From a bacterium (GTDB lineage: Bacteria > Patescibacteriota > CPR2 > UBA1875 > JAJYID01): a stretch of DNA of 64,000 nt. Both the position numbers and the translations under genes were made by a program. A model generated the notes under the pieces. The model had not been told where the DNA came from. It worked only from the letters and a program-made list of their open reading frames with translations, and ran no database searches. Of the stretch, positions 56,853 to 64,000 are shown piece by piece. The stretch lies in contig JAJYLR010000003.1 in NCBI GenBank assembly GCA_021787535.1, positions 56 to 64,055 on the forward strand, written 5' to 3'. Every line of letters starts with the position of its first letter. The stretch's first letter is position 1.

Positions 56853-58316
56853 ATGGCAGAGATTAAAACAAAGAAAGATTCAAAACAAAAGAGCATAAAG
56901 CTTTATTCTTTGACCCAGCTTGAGAAAGAGTTTAAAATCCCGCTTCGCTATGCCAGACACTTAATAATGGCGCGCCACGTGGAATCGGTCTTAAAAAACG
57001 GGCGGGTTTACGTGACGGCGGAAAGCTTGAAGAATTTTCTTGCGAAACCAAAAAATGAAAGAGAAGTTCACAAGCATAAAGGATTAATGAAGAGGATGGG
57101 GCCGGGTGTCATCACCGGTGCCGCAGATCATGATCCGTCCGGTATCGGTACCTACTCGACCGTTGGGGCTCAGTTTGGCCTGGAGCTTTCTTGGTTGGCT
57201 CTATATCTTCTGCCTCTCATGTTTGCGGTTCAGGAAACATGTGCCCGCATAGGTATCGTAACCGGCAAAGGTCTCTCCGGCGCGCTTCGCAAAAAGTTTG
57301 GCAGAAATACTATATTCATACTCATTCTTCTTCTGATTGTCGCAAACACTATAAACATCGGCGCCGATCTCGGCGCTATGGCGGCATCATTTCGAATGAT
57401 TACAGGCGCCAGTTATGCGCTGTCGGCCATTGTCTTTGCCGGCATCATTATCTTTTTCACTGTTTTTCTCTCTTATCATACTTTTGCTAAATACTTGCGG
57501 TGGCTGGTGATTGTACTTTTGGCGTATGTGATCACAGGTATCATTATTAAGCCGGATTGGCTGCAAGTCGCTCACTCGATCGTGATTCCGAAAATGCATT
57601 TAAACAAAGACTTTTTGATGGCCAATATCGCCGTTATCGGGACGACCATCTCACCTTACCTTTTCTTTTGGCAGAGCTCTCAAGAAGTGGAAGAGGAGCG
57701 CGACGACGGCACTTTGAGCGACCGGCACGCCGCCATTATCAGGGAAGAAGTCCGCGAAATGCGAAAGGATGTTCTCTCCGGCATGTCGCTCACCAATATA
57801 ATCTTTCTTTTCATTATTATTACCACGGCTTTCGTGCTTTTTGCCCATGGTATTACCAATATACAGACGGCCGAACAGGCGGCTTCGGCCTTAAAGCCGC
57901 TTGCCGGTAACTTAGCATACCTCATCTTTGCCCTCGGCATCGTCGGAACCGGTTTTCTGGCCATTCCGGTTTTAGCCGGGGCCAGCGCTTATGCCATTGC
58001 CGAAGTCATGAAGTGGCATGAGGGCTTAAACTTAAAATACAAACGGGCGCACGGCTTTTATGGCATTATTATCGCTTCAACTTTGGTTGGGCTGCTTATA
58101 AACTTTGTCGGCATCAACCCCATAGCGGCGCTCTACTGGACGGCGGTTATAAACGGCATTATTTCATCAGTGCTTCTGGTCTTTATCTTTAAAATCGGCA
58201 ATGACAAGAAAATCATGGGGGCTCATACCAGTCCCGGTTGGATAAAAACATTGGGGTTTATTGTGACGGCTCTTATGATCATAAGTTCGGCAGCCTTCAT
58301 TATCGCTTCATTATAG
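56853..58316 (+). CDS. NRAMP-family metal transporter with N-terminal extension
   Basis: GPGVITGAADHDPSG, GTTISPYLFFWQ. Confidence 0.9.
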   Translation: MAEIKTKKDSKQKSIKLYSLTQLEKEFKIPLRYARHLIMARHVESVLKNGRVYVTAESLKNFLAKPKNEREVHKHKGLMKRMGPGVITGAADHDPSGIGTYSTVGAQFGLELSWLALYLLPLMFAVQETCARIGIVTGKGLSGALRKKFGRNTIFILILLLIVANTINIGADLGAMAASFRMITGASYALSAIVFAGIIIFFTVFLSYHTFAKYLRWLVIVLLAYVITGIIIKPDWLQVAHSIVIPKMHLNKDFLMANIAVIGTTISPYLFFWQSSQEVEEERDDGTLSDRHAAIIREEVREMRKDVLSGMSLTNIIFLFIIITTAFVLFAHGITNIQTAEQAASALKPLAGNLAYLIFALGIVGTGFLAIPVLAGASAYAIAEVMKWHEGLNLKYKRAHGFYGIIIASTLVGLLINFVGINPIAALYWTAVINGIISSVLLVFIFKIGNDKKIMGAHTSPGWIKTLGFIVTALMIISSAAFIIASL

Positions 58317-58323
58317 GACTCGT

Positions 58324-59058
58324 ATGATCGGAATATTTGACTCAGGGATAGGCGGCCTTTCTTTATACAAAAAAGCCAAGAAAGCAATGTCGGATAAGAC
58401 ATTTATATATTTAGCTGATCAGGATAGCTTTCCTTACGGCGAAAAATCGGAAAAAGAGTTGCGTGCCCTCACTAGGAAAAATATTAAGCTGCTGGAAAAC
58501 TTAGGGGCAAAGGTTGTACTCATTGCTTGCAATAGTGCTACGGTTAGTTCAAGAGACAGGATCAGAAGAGAGTTTGACATTCCGCTTGTCGGGGTTGAGC
58601 CGGCAGTCAAGGTTGTACATGATCTATACAGTAATAAAAAAGCATTAGTCCTTGCCACAGACAGGACTTCTCGCTCGCATTTGAAAAACAAAGCCGCAAG
58701 CTATGGTAATGTCAAAATTATCGGCGCAAACGGCCTAGTGAGTTTAATTGAAGAAAAATTTCCAAATATTCAAGCAAGTGAATTAAAGAATATTCTGGAT
58801 AATAAGATTGATGGAGAAGAAGTCATCGTTCTTGGCTGTACGCATTATCATTTAATCCAAAAGATATTAGAAAGCATATATCCCGATAAGATATTCATCG
58901 CTCCGGAAGAGGCGGTGATAAAGCAGCTCAGTAAATTCTCTGACTTGGCGACAGGCAGCGGGGCGGATGACATCTTTCTGACAACTGGAGATTTGGCAGG
59001 TTTTCAGGTAAAATTAGAGGCGATTATAGGCAGGAAATGTGATGTTAGAAAAATATAA
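58324..59058 (+). CDS. murI: Glutamate racemase
   Basis: IGIFDSGIGGLS, FPYGEK, IACNSA, LGCTHY. Confidence 0.93.
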   Translation: MIGIFDSGIGGLSLYKKAKKAMSDKTFIYLADQDSFPYGEKSEKELRALTRKNIKLLENLGAKVVLIACNSATVSSRDRIRREFDIPLVGVEPAVKVVHDLYSNKKALVLATDRTSRSHLKNKAASYGNVKIIGANGLVSLIEEKFPNIQASELKNILDNKIDGEEVIVLGCTHYHLIQKILESIYPDKIFIAPEEAVIKQLSKFSDLATGSGADDIFLTTGDLAGFQVKLEAIIGRKCDVRKI

Positions 59059-60538
59059 AGGCAAAAAAATATTGATTGCGGGGTTTGAAACGGAAGGCAA
59101 AGCTACTTTCGATTTTCTAAGGCAAAACGGCATCAGGGCCGACATTGCCGATCTTCTCACCCCCGTCATTCCCGCCCCCGATCGGGTCGAGGGTAAAGCT
59201 CCGGCGGGAATCCAGCCCAGCCCTACCCAAGTTTTTACGGGAAAAGACTATCTTAATTCTGCTTCGGATTATGATGTTATCTTCCGGACGCCCGGCTTAT
59301 CTCCGCTCAATCCTTTACTTTTAGGGGCGCAGAAGAACGGAACTGAGGTAACAAGCCAGATCAAGCTTTTTATGGAGCTTTGTTCGGCTAAGACCATCGG
59401 CGTTACAGGGACGAAAGGTAAGGGCACAACAGCCACTCTGATTTATGAAATTTTGCAGGCAAGCGGCAAGGATGTGTATCTGGGCGGAAACATTGGGGTG
59501 CCGGCTATTTCCTTGATTGATGAATTAAACAAAGATTCGATCGTTGTCCTGGAGCTTTCCAGCTTTCAGCTCATGGATTTGGACAGGAGTCCAAATATTG
59601 CTGTGGTTTTGGGGATTACAAGCGAGCACCTGGATTATCACAAAAACAGGGATGAATATGTTGATGCCAAGAAATCTATTGTTAAGTTTCAGAGGTCAGA
59701 AGACTTTGCGGTTATCAATACAGATTACGAAACCTCCAGTTCGTTTGCCGGTCTCACTCAAGCAGATATTTTTGAAGTTTCAACCCTCTCCCCTGTCATC
59801 CCGAGCGAAGCGTTAGCGAAGTCGAGGGATCTCTTAAATTATGATGAGAGAAAGGGATTCCTCCGCTCGTCCTTGCAGGAAGTCGGTCGGAATGACAGGA
59901 TTTGCGGCGGTTGTTATGTCGATGAAAATGATGAAATTATCTTGATCGGGAAAAATGAGGAAGAAAAAATTGCTTCATTCAGTGAATTACAGCTTCGCGG
60001 CCGGCATAACCTGGAAAATGTTTGTGCAGCCGTCATGGGGTCATCTCTTGCCGGAGCCGACTTTGAATTAATCCGCAAAACAGTGAGGTCTTTCAAAGGG
60101 CTTGAACATCGGCTCGAGTTTGTTGCCGAAAAAGGCGGAGTTAAATATTATAACGATTCATTCTCGACGACTCCGGAATCAACAATTGCCGCAGTCAAAG
60201 CTTTCGAAGAACCGGTGCTACTCATAGCCGGAGGAAGCGAAAAAGGGTCGGATTATTCGGAAATGAGTGAGGTAATAGCTAAGAAAGCCAAAACTATATT
60301 TCTGATAGGACAAACAGCTAACAAAATAAAAAGACAAATCTTAAAAATAAACCCTAAAGCAGATGTCCGGGAGGGATATGAAAATATGGAAGATTTGGTA
60401 AAAAGGGTGGATAACGCCAGTAAACCCGGAGATGTGGTTGTGCTTTCACCTGGATGCGCCTCTTTTGATATTTTTCAAAATTACAAGGAGCGCGGTGATC
60501 TTTTTAAGGAAGCAGTTGCTAAGTTAATTAGGGATTAG
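59039..60538 (+). CDS. murD: UDP-MurNAc-L-Ala--D-glutamate ligase with two in-frame palindromic insertions
   Basis: GVTGTKGKGTT, GGNIG, ELSSFQL, HLDYH, HRLE, NDSFST, LSPGCASFD. Confidence 0.95.
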   Translation: MMLEKYKGKKILIAGFETEGKATFDFLRQNGIRADIADLLTPVIPAPDRVEGKAPAGIQPSPTQVFTGKDYLNSASDYDVIFRTPGLSPLNPLLLGAQKNGTEVTSQIKLFMELCSAKTIGVTGTKGKGTTATLIYEILQASGKDVYLGGNIGVPAISLIDELNKDSIVVLELSSFQLMDLDRSPNIAVVLGITSEHLDYHKNRDEYVDAKKSIVKFQRSEDFAVINTDYETSSSFAGLTQADIFEVSTLSPVIPSEALAKSRDLLNYDERKGFLRSSLQEVGRNDRICGGCYVDENDEIILIGKNEEEKIASFSELQLRGRHNLENVCAAVMGSSLAGADFELIRKTVRSFKGLEHRLEFVAEKGGVKYYNDSFSTTPESTIAAVKAFEEPVLLIAGGSEKGSDYSEMSEVIAKKAKTIFLIGQTANKIKRQILKINPKADVREGYENMEDLVKRVDNASKPGDVVVLSPGCASFDIFQNYKERGDLFKEAVAKLIRD

Positions 60539-60684
60539 GTAAATAGGACACATAACCAAATTAACTACTTAACTAATCTCCTAGTTGCCTAACGTACAAC
60601 TTATTTGAACAATTTACCCATAAAACCCTTTACAAATATTTCGTTTCGTGCTAGAATGCCTTTACTAAATAAGGAGTAAGAAAA

Positions 60685-61317
60685 GTGCACGAAAAACTTT
60701 TTGGGTCAAAAACCAGAGCCAAACTTTTGAATTTATTTCTCAATAATCAAGATAAATCATATTACGTTCGTGAAATTACCAGGACTATCAACGAACAGAT
60801 CAACTCAGTCAGAAGGGAACTGGCAAATCTAAAATCCTTAGGTCTGGTGGTAAGCCAAGGTAAAAAAGGCAAACTTTACTATAAGGCAAACAAAAAATCT
60901 CCTCTTTATCCAGATCTCAAAAAAATATTTACTAAAACCGCAAAAGAAGAGAAGAAGACCAAAGAAGCTGATCTGGCTGAAACTATCAGGAAGCTGGGTG
61001 AAGTTTCATATGCCGCCAAGATGGGTTATTTTGTTAAAGATAACTCATCGCCAATTGATTTCTTTATTGTTGGAAAAGTCAACAAGCGCCGTTTGAAAAC
61101 TTTTATTGCTCAGCTTGAGAAAGAATCGCGCAAAGAGTTGAACTATTCTGTCATGACCTTGGATGAGTTCGAAAATAGGCGTTTAATGTTTGATAGATTT
61201 ATGACTGAAATTATGGCTAGCCCAAAAGATGTAGTCATCGATTATATCGATGAAACCGGCGAGGGAGAAGGCCTTAGAAGCTCGAAATCTAATAACGAAG
61301 AAAAGGCAGCAGATTAA
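60685..61317 (+). CDS. wHTH regulator with nucleotidyltransferase-like C-terminal domain
   Basis: LFGSKTRAKLL..YYVREI..NSVRREL; IDFFIVG. Confidence 0.75.
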   Translation: MHEKLFGSKTRAKLLNLFLNNQDKSYYVREITRTINEQINSVRRELANLKSLGLVVSQGKKGKLYYKANKKSPLYPDLKKIFTKTAKEEKKTKEADLAETIRKLGEVSYAAKMGYFVKDNSSPIDFFIVGKVNKRRLKTFIAQLEKESRKELNYSVMTLDEFENRRLMFDRFMTEIMASPKDVVIDYIDETGEGEGLRSSKSNNEEKAAD

Positions 61318-62339
61318 TGGAGAAACAACCGTTAAGGTTTGATGTTCCTACACTAACGGTTCTTAAAATAATCGGGATCTTGCTTTTTGTGTTTTTTCTT
61401 TACTTAATTAAAGATGTCCTGGTAATACTTGCAGTCAGCTTTATTGTTTCAGCTGCACTGGAGCCGGCTGTAGACAAACTCCAGAAAAACATGAAAATAC
61501 CAAGATGGATTGGTGTTCTTGCGATTTATTTGCTCTTTATCGGGGTTCTCGCCGTTCTTATAAATCTCATTGTTCCTATCTTAAATGAACAGGTAGGTAC
61601 CTTGATTGCAAACCAAGATACTTATATGAAAGATATTAGCGGCATGATCTCTACTTGGCCCCAGGGAGTCCAGACGTATATTAACACCTCAATACAAAAC
61701 ATCCCCGCAGTTATCCAAAACTGGCAAATCGGGGGACTATCACATAGGGTCTTTGGTTTCTTTTCCGGCGTCGGGTCATTTATAGCGGTACTGGTTATTA
61801 GCGCGTACGTGCTTTCTCTGAAAAACGGCATGAAACAGACTGTATCGGCTTTTGTGCCTGAGTCGAGGCGAGAAATTTTTCTCAAAATATTCAGTGAAAT
61901 CACTAGAAAGGTTAGCTTATGGTTTCGCGGCCAGCTGATCTTATCATTTACAGTAGGACTGGCGACATTTATCGGGCTTTGGATTATGCATATTCCCTTT
62001 GCTTTAATCTTGGCTTTGATTGCCGCTTTTACCGAACTTATTCCAATGGTCGGACCGATACTCGGGGCCATTCCGGCGGTACTTGTGGCTCTTTTTATCA
62101 GTCCGGTTATGGCGATTATTGTGGCTGCATTTTATATATTCGTTCAAGAATTTGAAAGCCATGTCCTAGTTCCGCAAGTTATGAAAAAAGCGGTGGGTTT
62201 AAACCCCGTCATTATTATCTCTTCAATGCTTATCGGAGCAAAACTTCTCGGAATACTAGGCGTGATCTTAGCTGTTCCGGTAGCTTCAAGCGTAGTCGTC
62301 GTTTTGAAGGAATGGCCGGCTATCAAAAACGGCTCATAG
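61317..62339 (+). CDS. AI-2E (UPF0118) family transporter
   Basis: WFRGQL, IPMVGP, ESHVLVPQVM, LAVPVA. Confidence 0.9.
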   Translation: MEKQPLRFDVPTLTVLKIIGILLFVFFLYLIKDVLVILAVSFIVSAALEPAVDKLQKNMKIPRWIGVLAIYLLFIGVLAVLINLIVPILNEQVGTLIANQDTYMKDISGMISTWPQGVQTYINTSIQNIPAVIQNWQIGGLSHRVFGFFSGVGSFIAVLVISAYVLSLKNGMKQTVSAFVPESRREIFLKIFSEITRKVSLWFRGQLILSFTVGLATFIGLWIMHIPFALILALIAAFTELIPMVGPILGAIPAVLVALFISPVMAIIVAAFYIFVQEFESHVLVPQVMKKAVGLNPVIIISSMLIGAKLLGILGVILAVPVASSVVVVLKEWPAIKNGS

Positions 62340-62406
62340 TTGTTCGATATACTTGGAGGCGCGGTGCTACTGTGTTATCTTAGAATAAGTAAAAAATAGG
62401 AGAAAA

Positions 62407-63039
62407 ATGGAAATAACACATCTGGGCCATTCGTGTTTTAAGATAGTCGGGAAAAACCTGGCTGTTATAACGGATCCTTTTAATCATCCGCGAATCAGTT
62501 TCAAAATGCCAAAGGTGGAAGCCGATGTAGTTACTATCAGCCATGGTCATCAGGACCACAACTATAAAGAAGGGGTAAAGGGTGACTCTCTGCTTCTGGA
62601 CTCTCCCGGCGAATATGAAGTGAAAGAAAATTTTTTTCAGGGAATTTTATCTTATCACGATGATCAAAAGGGAGAAGAGCGCGGTTTAAATACCATTTTT
62701 ACCATGGAAATAGACGGGATTCATCTCTGCCACTTGGGAGATCTTGGAATAGAGCTTGATAATGACCAAATAGAAGCTATGGATGGCGTGGATATTCTCA
62801 TGATTCCTGTTGGAGGCGTCTATACGATAGACGCTAAAACAGCCGTTAAGGTTATAAACGATGTCAGTCCGAAGATTGTGATTCCTATGCATTACAAGGT
62901 ACCCGGAGGATTTGATAATATCGATCCGGTTGATAAATTTATCAAGGAGATTGGCGAACAGCCAGAAACTCTCGACAAGCTAAAGATTACAAAAAAAGAC
63001 CTTCCGGAAGAGATGAAAGTGGTAGTGCTCAAAAGCTAG
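62407..63039 (+). CDS. MBL-fold metallo-hydrolase
   Basis: LGHSCF, SHGHQDH, HLGDLG, IPMHY. Confidence 0.9.
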   Translation: MEITHLGHSCFKIVGKNLAVITDPFNHPRISFKMPKVEADVVTISHGHQDHNYKEGVKGDSLLLDSPGEYEVKENFFQGILSYHDDQKGEERGLNTIFTMEIDGIHLCHLGDLGIELDNDQIEAMDGVDILMIPVGGVYTIDAKTAVKVINDVSPKIVIPMHYKVPGGFDNIDPVDKFIKEIGEQPETLDKLKITKKDLPEEMKVVVLKS

Positions 63040-63048
63040 ATTCATTGT

Positions 63049-63105
63049 GTCATTCTGGCTTGTCCAGAATCTCTATTTTGTCATTCCACGTCTGATTCGG
63101 GATCT
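63049..63105. repeat. Two GTCAT-type REP-like palindromes
   Basis: GTCATTCTGGCTTGTCCAGAATCT and GTCATTCCACGTCTGATTCGGGATCT. Confidence 0.85.
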
Positions 63106-63330
63106 AAAATTTAATTTTTTCTTTCTACTTTTTTAGAAAAAGTAGAGCAAAAATCGCGGCTTAGACGGCTCCTCAAAGGGTCGGCTTACAACTTACTTCA
63201 TGTTTGAAAAATCATAACTCCCATGGTCGGCCTAAAGGCAAATCGATTTTTCAAATATTTAGCAAGTCTGATCCTCGCTTTTCGAACCGATAGCCGCATA
63301 ACAAAAATTTGAATTTAAAAAAATCGGCTG

Positions 63331-63534
63331 TTAGGCCGATTTTTTAGTTGTTCTGATTTTGCTCTGAGTTTTTATGCATTTGGCGCAGGCTTTTACTTTT
63401 TGCTCTTTGCCGTCAATGACCATTGTTGCTTTTTGGATATTGGGAAGCCAGCGTCTCTTTGTTTTCCTGTGGGAGTGGGAGACGTTATGGCCGGTCATCG
63501 GCTTCTTGCCGCAAACTTCGCATTCGATAGACAT
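63331..63534 (-). CDS. rpmB: 50S ribosomal protein L28
   Basis: [28 protein letters not shown]. Confidence 0.96.
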   Translation of the reverse strand: MSIECEVCGKKPMTGHNVSHSHRKTKRRWLPNIQKATMVIDGKEQKVKACAKCIKTQSKIRTTKKSA

Positions 63535-63628
63535 TTTTAACCTTAATTAGAATAATGTAGATTGATAAACTGACTGGTCAATGTTACCATATTTCCGTTG
63601 TCCAGTCAACTAAAATCCGAGGTAATAT

Positions 63629-64000
63629 ATGCTCTCACTTTTATCACAAAATCCGATACTTTTTGTTTTTCTGATAGTTGCGCTGCTTCTGGCAGTGACT
63701 TTTCATGAGTTTATGCATGCGTTTACCGCTAACTACTTCGGCGATCCGACAGCGAAACATATGGGCAGGGTTTCTCTAAATCCTTTGCATCACCTTGATA
63801 CACTAGGGACTCTGGCGATTCTTTTGATTGGCATCGGCTGGGGAAAACCGGTGCAAATTAACGAAAGAAACTTTAAAAATCCCAGATTGGATTCGGCTCT
63901 TGTATCGCTTGCCGGTCCTCTGACAAACCTAGTTTTAGCTATCGTTTTTTCTGTGCCTGTCCTTCTGCGCTTAGTGGATATTAACTCGCTTATCTATATA
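63629..64000 (+). CDS. Site-2 protease (M50) family, runs off window
   Basis: Own translation: FHEFMHA..GDPTAK..SLNPLHHLD..GWGKPV..SLAGPLTN. Confidence 0.9.
   Translation, partial: MLSLLSQNPILFVFLIVALLLAVTFHEFMHAFTANYFGDPTAKHMGRVSLNPLHHLDTLGTLAILLIGIGWGKPVQINERNFKNPRLDSALVSLAGPLTNLVLAIVFSVPVLLRLVDINSLIYI

Noticed and set aside
17171-63072. Recurring 23-mer palindrome as a CRISPR repeat
   Set aside because: Copies are dispersed over tens of kb with no regular spacers and no cas genes
1-64000. Alternative genetic code, DGR or retron
   Set aside because: Conserved genes end normally at TGA/TAG/TAA; no reverse transcriptase; the 43027/44564 repeat differences are not adenine-specific

Overview
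Chromosomal segment of a code-11 bacterium. Its gene content suggests Patescibacteria/CPR (inference): a type IV pilus cluster without pilQ, apparently leaderless housekeeping genes and many ORFans. In order it carries group-3b hydrogenase/Asr-like subunit genes, a pilB-pilC-pilins-pilMNOP cluster, treT, a CIRCE-hrcA-grpE-dnaK-dnaJ locus interrupted by inserted genes, five tRNAs (Lys, Arg, Asp, Gly, Thr), ndk, an orphan purC, prsA, transporters, rplY, murI-murD and rpmB. No integrase, transposase, reverse transcriptase or CRISPR array is visible. Most notable signals: (1) several families of short palindromic REP/RPE-like elements that nest inside one another and sit in frame inside murD (twice), grpE (twice) and dnaK, the last with a 4-bp target-site duplication; (2) self-contained ORFan cassettes sharing a short leader motif, some bounded by duplications of host sequence (diverged PAP2 3' end, dnaK translation-start region, tRNA-Lys 3' end); (3) three stand-alone promoter-structure-terminator units that look like uncatalogued small RNAs; (4) an orphan peptide with a lasso-type leader and a His/Cys-rich tail. 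All protein calls come from motif recognition by eye, not database searches.
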